Of a stretch of 64,000 bases of DNA, positions 47,857 to 59,055 are shown piece by piece. Numbering within the stretch: position 1 is the stretch's first letter; each line of letters begins with the position of its first letter. The notes below the pieces were generated by a model that was given only the letters and a program-made list of their open reading frames with translations, made no database searches and was not told the DNA's origin. Origin of the DNA: Pseudomonadota bacterium (GTDB lineage Bacteria; Pseudomonadota; Gammaproteobacteria; UBA9214). Where the stretch lies: NCBI GenBank assembly GCA_041395565.1, contig JAWLAI010000005.1, forward strand, positions 293,364 through 357,363, given 5' to 3'. The position numbers were made by a program, and so were the translations under genes.

Positions 47857-49974
47857 TCAGACTTCGCCGAAATCCACCGCCTGCCCCAGCCACCGCCGGA
47901 TCAGGGGGGTGATGTTCTCCGGGCGCGTGGCATGCAGCGCACCGGCAGCCGCCTCCACCGCCTCCAGCAGCGACTCGTCGCGCAGCAGATCGGCGATATG
48001 GAATTGCATCTCTCCGGTCTGACGCGTGCCGAGCACCTCGCCCGGGCCGCGCAGCTCCAGATCACGGCGCGCAATCTCGAAACCGTCGCCGGTCTCGCGC
48101 AGCACGATGAGCCGCTCGCGCGCATTTACCGACAGCGGCGCCTGGTACAGCAGCACGCAGCTGCTGTGACGGCTGCCGCGCCCTACGCGTCCGCGCAACT
48201 GGTGCAGCTGCGCCAGGCCGAGCCGTTCCGGGTTCTCGATGATCATCAGTGACGCATTCGGGACATCCACGCCGACCTCGATCACGGTAGTGGCCACCAG
48301 CAGGTCCACCTCACCGCGCTTGAAGGCACCCATCACCGACTCCTTCTCCAGCGACTTCATACGGCCGTGCACCAGGGCGATGCGCAGTTCCGGCAGGGCC
48401 GCGGTCAGCATTGCGTGCGTATTCTCGGCCGCCTGGCACTGCAGCGCTTCGGACTCCTCGATCAGCGTGCACACCCAGTAGGCCTGCTGCCCCTCGCCGC
48501 AGGCCTTGCGCACGGAACGGATCACCTCTTCACGGCGGTCCTGGGCGATTGCCACCGTCTTGACCGGTGCCCGCCCGGGGGGCAATGCATCGATGACGGA
48601 AGTATCGAGATCGGCGTACACCGTCATCGCCAGTGTGCGCGGAATGGGCGTCGCCGTCATCACCAATTGATGCGGGCGCTGCCCGCCGCTGCGGCCTTTG
48701 TCGCGCAGAGCCAGGCGCTGATGCACACCGAAGCGGTGCTGCTCGTCGATGATGACCAGGCCGAGACGCGCGAACTCGACTTCGGCCTGGAACAGTGCAT
48801 GAGTACCGATCGCCACCGCCGCCCCGCCGCCGGCGATCGCCGCGAGCGCGGTGGCGCGCGCCTTGCCCTTGAGCCTGCCGGCGTGCCAGACGACCTCGAG
48901 CCCAAGCGGTGCGAGCCAGTCGTGGAAGCTCCTGAAATGTTGCTCCGCCAGCAGCTCGGTCGGCGCCATCAGCGCGACCTGATAACCGGCCTCGACCGCC
49001 GCCAGCGCCGCGCAGGCGGCCACCACGGTCTTGCCGGAACCGACGTCGCCCTGCACCAGCCGCGCCATGGGATGGGCACGCGCCAGGTCGGCATTTATTT
49101 CGCCTATGACCCGGTTCTGCGCGGTCGTCAGCGCGAACGGCAGGGCCTCGATAAATCGTTGCACCAGCACCTGCCCACCCGCCATTACCGGCGCGGCTGC
49201 ACGCTGCGCCCGCTCGCGCAGGCGGCGCAGGCTCAGATGATGGGCCAGCAGCTCCTCGAACGCGAGCCGCTGCTGCGCCGGATGATTGCCGCGCGCCAGC
49301 AAGTCGAGATCCGCGTCCGGCGGCGGGCGGTGCACGTAGCGCAGCGCTGCCGGTAAGGTGGTCATGCGAAACTGGCTCACCAGCTCCGCGGGCAGCAGGT
49401 CGACCAGGCCACGCGCCGCCCTGCCCTCCAGGTACAGCAACGCCTGCTCCGTGACCGCGCGCAGGGTGAGCTGATGCACGCCCTCGGTGGACGGATAGAT
49501 CGGCGTGAGATGCCCCGCGCCGTCATAACTTTCGTGCGCGGCAACAAACTGATACTCGGGATGAATCAGCTCCGCCGTCGCCGCGCCGCTGCGCACCTCG
49601 CCGAAGCAGCGCACCAGCCGCCCGCGGGCGAAATTCGCCTGCTGCTGCGCGTTAAAATGGAAGAAGCGCAGCGTCATCGCCCCGGTCCCGTCGCTGATGC
49701 GCACCAGCAGTGAACGGCGCCGGGCGAATTTCACCTCCGCCAGTTCGACCTCGCCCTGCACCACCACGTGCTCACCGACCCGCACCGCCCCCAGCGGCAC
49801 GATCCGCGTGCGATCCTCGTAGCGCAGCGGCAGATGAAACAGCACATCCTGCACGGTGCGAATACCGAGGCGGTCGAGCCTGCCCGCTACCCGCGGCCCC
49901 ACGCCCTTGAGGGCCGTGACCGGCAGGGAAGCGAGCTGGCCCGTGGATGTGTCAGTTGCGAGACTCAAATGCAC
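47857..49974 (-). CDS. recG: ATP-dependent DNA helicase
   Basis: Wedge domain plus helicase motifs GDVGSGKT, DEQHRFG and QLRGRVGRG. Confidence 0.95.
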   Translation of the reverse strand: MHLSLATDTSTGQLASLPVTALKGVGPRVAGRLDRLGIRTVQDVLFHLPLRYEDRTRIVPLGAVRVGEHVVVQGEVELAEVKFARRRSLLVRISDGTGAMTLRFFHFNAQQQANFARGRLVRCFGEVRSGAATAELIHPEYQFVAAHESYDGAGHLTPIYPSTEGVHQLTLRAVTEQALLYLEGRAARGLVDLLPAELVSQFRMTTLPAALRYVHRPPPDADLDLLARGNHPAQQRLAFEELLAHHLSLRRLRERAQRAAAPVMAGGQVLVQRFIEALPFALTTAQNRVIGEINADLARAHPMARLVQGDVGSGKTVVAACAALAAVEAGYQVALMAPTELLAEQHFRSFHDWLAPLGLEVVWHAGRLKGKARATALAAIAGGGAAVAIGTHALFQAEVEFARLGLVIIDEQHRFGVHQRLALRDKGRSGGQRPHQLVMTATPIPRTLAMTVYADLDTSVIDALPPGRAPVKTVAIAQDRREEVIRSVRKACGEGQQAYWVCTLIEESEALQCQAAENTHAMLTAALPELRIALVHGRMKSLEKESVMGAFKRGEVDLLVATTVIEVGVDVPNASLMIIENPERLGLAQLHQLRGRVGRGSRHSSCVLLYQAPLSVNARERLIVLRETGDGFEIARRDLELRGPGEVLGTRQTGEMQFHIADLLRDESLLEAVEAAAGALHATRPENITPLIRRWLGQAVDFGEV

Positions 49975-50006
49975 ATATGTCGTGGAATAGCGGGAGACAT
50001 CCCGTG

Positions 50007-50420
50007 CTACTGATCCAGGTAATCCTTCCCGTCGAATGTATCCAGCTCCATCACCGCATCCATCTCCACCTGCGCCCCCTTCGGCAACGCGGCCACCCCT
50101 ACCGCCGCACGAGCGGGATAGGGTTCGCTGAAGTACTCGGCCATGATCTCGTTGACCAGCGCGAAGTGGCCGAGGTCCGGGAGGAAGACATTGAGCTTGG
50201 CGACGTCGGCGAGCGTGCCGCCGGCGGCCACGGCCACGGCGGCGAGGTTGTCGAAGACGCGCCGGATCTGCGCGGCCATGTCGCCCTCGACCAGCTGCAT
50301 GGTGGCGGGGTCAAGCGGGATCTGCCCCGACAGGTAGACGGTGCTGCCGCAGCGGACGGCCTGCGAATAGGTGCCGATGGCCTGCGGCGCACGGTCGGTC
50401 TGGATAATCGTTCGGCTCAT
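50007..50420 (-). CDS. ridA: RidA/YjgF-family reactive-intermediate deaminase
   Basis: [12 protein letters not shown]...[10 protein letters not shown]...[19 protein letters not shown]. Confidence 0.9.
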   Translation of the reverse strand: MSRTIIQTDRAPQAIGTYSQAVRCGSTVYLSGQIPLDPATMQLVEGDMAAQIRRVFDNLAAVAVAAGGTLADVAKLNVFLPDLGHFALVNEIMAEYFSEPYPARAAVGVAALPKGAQVEMDAVMELDTFDGKDYLDQ

Positions 50421-50450
50421 GGTGGTTCCCTTGTGTTACATGAAGTCTGG

Positions 50451-50651
50451 ATCGGGCTCCCGATACTCGTATTTGCGAGCAAAGCGAAGCGATCTAAAAT
50501 TGATTATGCGAAGCCGGTGGAGATTGCTTCATCACCCTGTTTCTCGCAACGACCGGTTTCGGTGCGGCGCAGCAATGTCCGCGACTGTCCCCGTGCGCTT
50601 GCATGGTCAATACAATCGCGGACGCGGTCCGCTCCTACAGGCAATCCCTGT
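50451..50651. repeat. Cluster of REP-like palindromes in the spoT-ridA spacer
   Basis: ATCGGG-CT-CCCGAT (50451-50464), TTTGC-GA-GCAAA (about 50472-50483), GCGGAC-GCG-GTCCGC (50618-50632) and TACAGG-CAATC-CCTGTA (50635-50651). Confidence 0.4.
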
Positions 50652-50747
50652 ACCAAGGCACAGCTGAAATCTCTCCGGGTACTCTGCGCCCTCTACGGCC
50701 AAGGCTTTACTTTGCGTCCTTGTGCGAGCTGACTGCTCTAGCGACAC

Positions 50748-52907
50748 TCAGTTGCGCGTACGGGTAATGCGCGTCACCGACGGGATGTTGCGCACATTGC
50801 GCATCACCCGGGCCAAGTGCTGGCGATTGCGCACCGTGAGTCGGAATTTGAGCACGTTGGTAAGGCCGTCACCTGCCTCGAACTCGACATTTTCGATGTT
50901 CGAGTCGGCATCGCCTATCACCTTGGCCACAGTGGCCAGCATGCCGCGCCGATCAGCCACTTCCACGCTCACATCGACCGGAAACTCCTCGTTGATCCCC
51001 GGCTCCCACTGCACCTCCAGACAGCTTTCGGCCGGGTACTTGCGCTCGGTAATATTGCGGCAGCTCTGGGTATGGATCATCATGCCGCGCCCGCTCGTGA
51101 TCACGCCGACGACCGGATCACCCGGGATCGGCCGGCAACATTTCGAGAAGCGCGTCACCATACCCTCGGTGCCGCGAATAACGAGCGGCGGCATGACCGC
51201 CATATCGCCACGGGAGGTGCGGCTACGCTCGTCACCCGGCAGCAGGGCGCGCGCCACCAGCACGGAGGGTCGCCTGCCCATACCGATCTCGACCAGCAGA
51301 TCTTCCGGCAACTTCAGGTGATATTCCTTCAGCAGCGACTGTACGCGTTCCGAGGACACCTCAGCAGCGGATGAACCGAAAACCCCCAGCGCACGATCCA
51401 GCATGCGCCTGCCCAGACTGATCGCCTCCTCCCGCTTCAGGTTTTTCTGGTAGTGGCGGATGCTGGAACGCGCCTTGGCGGAAGCCACGAAGCTGAGCCA
51501 GGCAGGACTCGGACGGCCGCCCGGCGTGGTAATGATCTCCACCGTCTGGCCGCTGCGCAGGGTGGTGCGCAGCGGGACGTCCTGCCGATCCACCCGGGCG
51601 CCGATACAGGTATTGCCGATGTCCGTGTGCACGGCGTAGGCGAAATCCACCACGGTAGCGCCGTGCGGCAGCTTCATGATCTCGCCGGTAGGCGTGAAAA
51701 CGTAGATCGCGTCGGGGAACAGGTCGAGCTTGACGTTCTCCAGGAATTCCAGCGAGTTGCCGGCATGTTTCTGCATCTCGAGCAGTTCACGCAACCACTC
51801 GCGCGCGCCGGCGTGCATCTGGTCGAGGTTCTGGTCGCTGGATTTGTATACCCAGTGTGCCGCCACACCGCTCTCGGCGACCTTGTCCATTTCCTCGGTA
51901 CGGATCTGGACCTCGATGGGAATGCCGTAGGGTCCGAACAGGATGGTATGCAGCGACTGGTAACCGTTGGCCTTGGGAATGGCGATGTAGTCCTTGAACT
52001 TGCCCGGCACCGGTTTGTAGAGATTGTGCACCACGCCGAGCGCACGGTAACAGGTGTCCACCTTGTCCACCACGATGCGGAAGGCGTAAACATCGTAGGT
52101 CTCCTCGAACGACAGGGTCTTGTCGCGGATCTTCTTGTATAGGCTGTAGAGGTGCTTCTCACGGCTCAGGATGCGCCCCTCCAGGTCTTCCTGCTGCATG
52201 CGCCGCTTGATGGCGGTCTCGATCTTGATCAGCACTTCCTTGCGGTGGCCGCGCGCCGCACGCACGGCCTTTTCCAGCACCTTGTAGCGCAGCGGATAGA
52301 GCGCCGCGAAGCCGAGGTCCTCCAGCTCCACGCGCAGGGCGTTGATGCCGAGACGATTGGCGATCGGTGCATAGATATCCAGCGTCTCGCGCGCGATGCG
52401 GCGGCGCTTGTCCGGACGCATGACGCCGAGCGTGCGCATGTTGTGCAGCCGGTCCGCGAGCTTTACCAGGATGACACGGATGTCGCGCACCATGGCGAGG
52501 ATCATCTTGCGGAAGTTTTCCGCCTGCGCCTCGGCCGAACTCTCGAACTCGATCTGGGTCAGCTTGCTCACACCGTCGACCAGTTCGGCGACATCGCTGC
52601 CAAATTCGCTGGCGATCTGCTCCTTGGCGGTAGGGGTGTCCTCGATGACGTCGTGGAGGATGGCGGCGATGATGGACTTGTGGTCGAGGCGCAGCTCGGC
52701 GAGGATGCGGGCGGCGGCAATGGGGTGGTAGATATAGGGTTCGCCGGAAAGTCGGGTCTGGCCGTCATGCGCCTCCGCGCCAAACAGGTAGGCGCGGTAA
52801 ACCTCCTGAACCTGCGCCGGTTCCAGGTAGGATTCCAGCATCTTGCACAGGTCGCTGATCAGAAAACGCGATGTCTGATCAGTGAGGGTTTCCGCTCTGC
52901 TTGCCAT
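50748..52907 (-). CDS. spoT: Bifunctional (p)ppGpp synthetase/hydrolase
   Basis: HD hydrolase (HDVIEDT), the synthetase domain, and TGS and ACT regions. ATG at 52907 (MASRAETL...). Confidence 0.95.
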   Translation of the reverse strand: MASRAETLTDQTSRFLISDLCKMLESYLEPAQVQEVYRAYLFGAEAHDGQTRLSGEPYIYHPIAAARILAELRLDHKSIIAAILHDVIEDTPTAKEQIASEFGSDVAELVDGVSKLTQIEFESSAEAQAENFRKMILAMVRDIRVILVKLADRLHNMRTLGVMRPDKRRRIARETLDIYAPIANRLGINALRVELEDLGFAALYPLRYKVLEKAVRAARGHRKEVLIKIETAIKRRMQQEDLEGRILSREKHLYSLYKKIRDKTLSFEETYDVYAFRIVVDKVDTCYRALGVVHNLYKPVPGKFKDYIAIPKANGYQSLHTILFGPYGIPIEVQIRTEEMDKVAESGVAAHWVYKSSDQNLDQMHAGAREWLRELLEMQKHAGNSLEFLENVKLDLFPDAIYVFTPTGEIMKLPHGATVVDFAYAVHTDIGNTCIGARVDRQDVPLRTTLRSGQTVEIITTPGGRPSPAWLSFVASAKARSSIRHYQKNLKREEAISLGRRMLDRALGVFGSSAAEVSSERVQSLLKEYHLKLPEDLLVEIGMGRRPSVLVARALLPGDERSRTSRGDMAVMPPLVIRGTEGMVTRFSKCCRPIPGDPVVGVITSGRGMMIHTQSCRNITERKYPAESCLEVQWEPGINEEFPVDVSVEVADRRGMLATVAKVIGDADSNIENVEFEAGDGLTNVLKFRLTVRNRQHLARVMRNVRNIPSVTRITRTRN

Positions 52908-53071
52908 AGGATTACCGGCGGACCGCGCGCCGCACGGCCCGCGAGGGTTGACAGTCAGGCCAACTATAACGCCAATGCGCACACAGGCACATACCGCCGC
53001 GGCGACAGCGGCCGGGCTCCGGCAGATTCAGGCTGAGCGCACCCGGCCCGTGCGGGCGGGGCGGCACGGGA

Positions 53072-53389
53072 TTAGAATTCAGTGTCTTCCGCAGGGGGGG
53101 CAGCAGGCGGCGGCATCTCGGCACCGGCGGTCGCCTCGGCCAGGATCTCCAGATCCTCGGCGTCGAGCTTTTCTTCGAACAGCGGCTCGGGTTTTTCGTC
53201 GAGCAGCGCCGGCCCGATCAGTCCCTCGGCGATCTCGCGCAGCGCGACGATGGTCGGCTTGTCGTTTTCCCACGGCACCAGCGGCATGACGCCGTTCGCC
53301 AGCTGGCGGGCCCGTTTGGTGGCCAGCAGTACCAGCTGGAAGCGGTTATCCACTTTGTCGAGACAATCTTCTACCGTAACGCGTGCCAT
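53072..53389 (-). CDS. rpoZ: RNA polymerase omega subunit
   Basis: [30 protein letters not shown]. Confidence 0.95.
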   Translation of the reverse strand: MARVTVEDCLDKVDNRFQLVLLATKRARQLANGVMPLVPWENDKPTIVALREIAEGLIGPALLDEKPEPLFEEKLDAEDLEILAEATAGAEMPPPAAPPAEDTEF

Positions 53390-53446
53390 GTTGCTCTCCG
53401 TGTCTCCGCCGGACCGCGGCGGGATGGGCGTGGGAGTTTAACCGAA

Positions 53447-54957
<1,511 letters not shown>

Positions 54958-55101
54958 GGAATCTCCGGGATGCGGTTGCCTGGAAGGCGCTAATGGTAAG
55001 CGATCGGCCCGCGGTTGCAACGTCGGACTGGCGCCGGCCCTGAAACGGCAAAGCCGCCGCAACCCTGCCGGCTGCAGCGGCTCCGGTGTACCTGCCAGCG
55101 T

Positions 55102-55410
55102 TTAGATATCGCCGAGCGGCCTGACGAAGGTGTATTTCACCGGTTTCATGACCAGGTGGTCGGCGGCCTCGCCGACGTTGCCCCCGAGCGCACTGAACGG
55201 CAGCGAGACGACAAACGCGGTCACCCCGACCGCCGTGCCGATCAGCATCACCGGACGCAGCATGAACAGATCCGCAAGCATGGCGCCACCGCTGGGTTCG
55301 TCGTCAGCGGCAAAAGAACCCGCTGCCGCCGTAGGCACGGACGCCAGCTGGGTGACCGCCAGCAGGGCAGCAAGGACAGCGCCGGCGAGTTTCCTGTTTG
55401 AATGATGCAT
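55102..55410 (-). CDS. Hypothetical small exported/membrane protein
   Basis: Signal-like N-terminus (KLAGAVLAALLAVTQLASVPTAAA) and one later hydrophobic helix. No family recognised. Confidence 0.5.
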   Translation of the reverse strand: MHHSNRKLAGAVLAALLAVTQLASVPTAAAGSFAADDEPSGGAMLADLFMLRPVMLIGTAVGVTAFVVSLPFSALGGNVGEAADHLVMKPVKYTFVRPLGDI

Positions 55411-55720
55411 ATTCCTGAATCTCCATGTGAGCGATCCGTGCGGGATCCTAAGCAGTACGCGCAGGCGATAGATCGACCGACCGACCGCCAACCTTTATAG
55501 TACGGGGACGGCGCCACGCCAAACTGCGATACGCATCCCTCCCGGGGAGACTGCGGCAGCCGCCCTGCGGAACATAATACAAAGGCAACCGCCATTCAAC
55601 ATCAAAGAGTTATAAGCACCACACCCCCTATCGACAGGCACATCCCTCCCGCCCTGACGCTGCGCCAGCGACACGGTATCGCGCTATACTGCGCCCCGGC
55701 CTAAAACACAGGATCACGCC

Positions 55721-56440
55721 ATGCGCCCCAGCAGCAGAGCACCGGACGAGATGCGCCACGTCCGCATCACCCGCAACTACACCAAGCATGCCGAAGGATC
55801 CGTGCTCGTCGAGTTCGGCGATACGCGCGTGCTGTGCAATGCCACCGTGGAAGACCGCATCCCCGGCTTCCTGCGCGGCAAGGGCGAAGGCTGGGTGACG
55901 GCTGAATACGGCATGCTGCCGCGCTCCACCAGCAGCCGCATGGGCCGCGAGGCCGCGCGCGGCCGCCAGGGCGGGCGCACGCTCGAGATACAACGACTGA
56001 TCGGACGTTCGCTGCGCGCTGTCGTGGACATGAAGGCGCTGGGCGAACGGAGCATCACCATCGACTGCGATGTCATCCAGGCCGACGGCGGCACCCGCAC
56101 CGCCAGCATCACCGGCGGCTATGTCGCGCTCGCCGATGCGATCAACGGTCTCCTGGCACGGGGCGAACTCGCGCGCAGTCCGCTCACCGGCCGGGTTGCC
56201 TCGGTATCGGTCGGCATCTACCAGGGCACCCCCGTGCTCGACCTGGACTATCCGGAAGACTGCAATGCCGAAACCGACATGAACGTGGTCATGAACGATG
56301 CCGGCGACTTCATTGAGATCCAGGGTACCGCCGAGGGCCATGCCTTCAGCATGAACGAGCTGAGCACGCTCCTCGCGCTGGCACAGAAAGGCATCAACGA
56401 ACTGCTGGAGAGCCAGCAGGCCGCGCTCGGACAGCCCTGA
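55721..56440 (+). CDS. rph: Ribonuclease PH
   Basis: [39 protein letters not shown] and [14 protein letters not shown]. Confidence 0.95.
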   Translation: MRPSSRAPDEMRHVRITRNYTKHAEGSVLVEFGDTRVLCNATVEDRIPGFLRGKGEGWVTAEYGMLPRSTSSRMGREAARGRQGGRTLEIQRLIGRSLRAVVDMKALGERSITIDCDVIQADGGTRTASITGGYVALADAINGLLARGELARSPLTGRVASVSVGIYQGTPVLDLDYPEDCNAETDMNVVMNDAGDFIEIQGTAEGHAFSMNELSTLLALAQKGINELLESQQAALGQP

Positions 56441-56486
56441 CATACCTGCTGGCACGATCACGGCAGCGCGAACAGGAACCCGCAAG

Positions 56487-57083
56487 GTGAAAGAACTCGT
56501 ACTCGCCAGCAGCAATCCCGGCAAGGTCCGCGAAATCAACCAGTTGCTTTCAGGCATCGACCTCCATGTCCGACCGCAGGGTGAATTCGGCGTCACCGAC
56601 ATCGAGGAAACCGGGCTCACCTTCGTCGAGAACGCCATCCTCAAGGCACGCAATGCCGCAAGCCACACCGGACTGCCGGCAATCGCCGATGACTCGGGTC
56701 TGGAGGTCGACGCCCTCAACGGGGCACCCGGCATCTACTCGGCGCGCTATGCCGGACACGGCGCCGGCGACCGGGCCAACATCGAAAAACTGCTCGAGGC
56801 CCTGCAGGGTGTTCCGGATGCGCAACGCACGGCACGCTTCCAGTGCCTGATCGTCTATATGCGCCACGCCGGCGACCCCACGCCGCTGATCTGCCAGGGC
56901 ACCTGGGAGGGGCGCATCCTGCCAGCGCCGCGCGGCGAGCAGGGCTTCGGCTACGATCCGGTGTTCTTCGTACCGACACACGACTGCGCTTCCGCCGAAC
57001 TGGAACCGGAAGCGAAGAATGCGCTGAGCCACCGTGGGCAGGCCTTGCGGAAGCTGGTGGCTGCGCTGCAGGAACACAGGTAA
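56487..57083 (+). CDS. rdgB: dITP/XTP pyrophosphatase (RdgB/HAM1)
   Basis: [12 protein letters not shown]...[25 protein letters not shown] start. Confidence 0.9.
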   Translation: MKELVLASSNPGKVREINQLLSGIDLHVRPQGEFGVTDIEETGLTFVENAILKARNAASHTGLPAIADDSGLEVDALNGAPGIYSARYAGHGAGDRANIEKLLEALQGVPDAQRTARFQCLIVYMRHAGDPTPLICQGTWEGRILPAPRGEQGFGYDPVFFVPTHDCASAELEPEAKNALSHRGQALRKLVAALQEHR

Positions 57084-57137
57084 TACAAACCCGTTTCCCA
57101 ACCTGTCGAACATAGCCTCGAGAATGCATTGTGCTTT

Positions 57138-57377
57138 CGCCCTGTCGGGCACGGGACTCTCTCGTGCGCGCCCAAGAGAAAGTATCCAATGAGAAGGGCA
57201 CCCGGCAGCCCAGCGCAGATGACGTACCGGCAAACCTTCGAACCACCTGTCTTTTGATGCTGTATGGGCAGTCCATCCCTGGACTTCGCCCAGCGGGCCA
57301 GCCTGCGGCTGTCCCCATTCGCTCCCGGCGAATTGGTCTTTGGCGGCGCAATGAAAAGTACCTCGCCCGACAGGGCG
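57138..57377. repeat. 240-bp unit bounded by a perfect 13-bp inverted repeat
   Basis: CGCCCTGTCGGGC (57138-57150) and GCCCGACAGGGCG (57365-57377). An internal imperfect palindrome CTCTCTCGTGCGCGCCCAAGAGAAAG is present. Lies in the 335-bp rdgB-hemW spacer. Confidence 0.4.
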
Positions 57378-57418
57378 GAGAAGAACTATCATTAGGCTGA
57401 GCCATATAAGAAACAGCC

Positions 57419-58603
57419 GTGTTCAACTTCACCAGTACCCCGCCGCTGTCCCTCTACATCCACATCCCGTGGTGCGTGCGCAAGTGCCCGTACTGCGATT
57501 TCAATTCGCACGAGGTACGCGAAGACATCCCGGAACGGGAATACATCGATGCCCTGCTGGCCGATCTCGAGCAGGAGCTGCCGGCGGTCTGGGGCCGGCC
57601 GGTGGAGAGCGTGTTCATCGGAGGCGGAACCCCCAGCCTGTTCACACCGGAGGGGATCGACCGGCTGCTAGGCGCAATACGCGCACGGCTGACCCTGCAG
57701 CCCAACGCCGAAATCACCCTGGAGGCCAATCCCGGCACCGTCGACCGGGCTCACTTCGACGGATACCGTGCAGCCGGTATCAACCGCCTGTCGATCGGCA
57801 TCCAGAGTTTCCAGACCGGGCTGCTCGAGGCCATCGGACGCATCCATGACCGGCGCACAGCAATCCGGGCCGCCGAGTCCGCACATGCCGCCGGTTTCGC
57901 CAACTTCAATCTCGACCTCATGTTCGGGTTGCCGGGCCAGTCCCTGCAGCAAGCGCTGGCTGACCTGCGCATCGCCATGGATCTCGAACCAACGCACCTC
58001 TCCTGGTATGAACTGACGATCGAACCCAACACCCGGTTTTACCGGCATCCGCCGCAATTGCCGGACGAGGAATCACTCTGGGACTGCCAGAGCGCCGGTC
58101 TTGCGCTGCTGGCCGGCCGCGGTTTCGATCGCTACGAGATATCCGCCTATGCACGCGGTGACAGACAATGCCGGCACAATCTCAATTACTGGCGCTTCGG
58201 CGACTACCTTGGCATAGGTGCCGGCGCGCACGGCAAACTGACGGACCCCGCACACCAGGTCATCCGGCGCAGCGCGAAGCTGCGTCATCCCGAGGGCTAT
58301 CTGGCTGCGCGTAAGGACGGCAACTTCCGCAGCATGGAGCGCACACTCGCGCCGGTGGATGTCACACTGGAATTCATGATGAACGCATTACGCCTGACGC
58401 ATGGATTCACTGCGGCGGAATTCACTGCCCGCACCGGACTGCCCAGCGCAAGGCTGGAACCGGGCCTGGGCAGGGCCATCGTGGCAGGCCTGATCGATAC
58501 AGCGGACGCGTGCTGGACGGCCACGGAAACGGGTCAACGGTACCTCAATGACCTGCTACAGTACTGGCTGGCCGAGGAGAACGCGAATGCTGGTTCCGAT
58601 TGA
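57419..58603 (+). CDS. hemW: Radical-SAM heme chaperone HemW (HemN-like)
   Basis: CVRKCPYCDFNS (CxxxCxxC) and GGGTPSL. GTG start. Follows rdgB, as in many gammaproteobacteria. Confidence 0.9.
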   Translation: MFNFTSTPPLSLYIHIPWCVRKCPYCDFNSHEVREDIPEREYIDALLADLEQELPAVWGRPVESVFIGGGTPSLFTPEGIDRLLGAIRARLTLQPNAEITLEANPGTVDRAHFDGYRAAGINRLSIGIQSFQTGLLEAIGRIHDRRTAIRAAESAHAAGFANFNLDLMFGLPGQSLQQALADLRIAMDLEPTHLSWYELTIEPNTRFYRHPPQLPDEESLWDCQSAGLALLAGRGFDRYEISAYARGDRQCRHNLNYWRFGDYLGIGAGAHGKLTDPAHQVIRRSAKLRHPEGYLAARKDGNFRSMERTLAPVDVTLEFMMNALRLTHGFTAAEFTARTGLPSARLEPGLGRAIVAGLIDTADACWTATETGQRYLNDLLQYWLAEENANAGSD

Positions 58604-58769
58604 CTGTCCCTACTGCGGACAGTGCTACACTGCCGTCGTCGAGACCCTCGACGGCTGCCAGGACTACATCGAGGATTGCCCTGTCTGCTGCCGGCCGATC
58701 GAGCTGCACGTCGAGACCGGCGACAACGGTGAACTGCTGGCACTGCATGCAAGACGCGACGATGACTGA
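58587..58769 (+). CDS. CPXCG-motif cysteine-rich small protein
   Basis: 60 aa: MLVPIDCPYCGQCY...CQDYIEDCPVCCRPIEL. ATG at 58587 overlaps the hemW 3' end by 17 nt. Confidence 0.7.
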   Translation: MLVPIDCPYCGQCYTAVVETLDGCQDYIEDCPVCCRPIELHVETGDNGELLALHARRDDD

Positions 58770-59010
58770 CTACATACCAATAGACTGCGCCATACACAGC
58801 GACTATGAACTCGCGATCATGCGTCGACGGCAACTGCGCCTGACCTGGCGTGGCGAGGACAGCGTCATCCATATCAAGACCGTCACGCCAACCGACCTGC
58901 GCACCTGCAATCACGAAGAATTCATCGATGTGACCGACGTGGAAGGCACCACCTATAGCATTCGCCTCGACCGTATCCAGAAGCACGAAATCCTGCAGCC
59001 CGGCGACTGA
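58762..59010 (+). CDS. rof: Rof-family (Rho-binding antiterminator-like) protein
   Basis: MTDYIPIDCAIHSDYELAIMRRRQLRLTWR... resembles Rof/YaeO. ATGACTGA overlap with the CPXCG gene. Confidence 0.7.
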   Translation: MTDYIPIDCAIHSDYELAIMRRRQLRLTWRGEDSVIHIKTVTPTDLRTCNHEEFIDVTDVEGTTYSIRLDRIQKHEILQPGD

Positions 59011-59055
59011 ATGGACGATAGTAATCCCGACCGGCAACCTGACCGTAGCTGAAGA

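Noticed and set aside
53047-53070. Hairpin CCCGTGC...GCACGGG just downstream of rpoZ, and the 165-bp rpoZ-spoT gap
   Set aside because: A 7-bp GC stem without a U-tract in GC-rich DNA is not distinctive. It is possibly an attenuator, but the evidence is too weak to call.
57225-57250. tRNA-like TTCGAA / GGTGGTTCGAAGG string in the rdgB-hemW spacer
   Set aside because: The flanking bases do not form a T-stem, and no acceptor, D or anticodon arms can be drawn. It is not a tRNA or tmRNA fragment on inspection.
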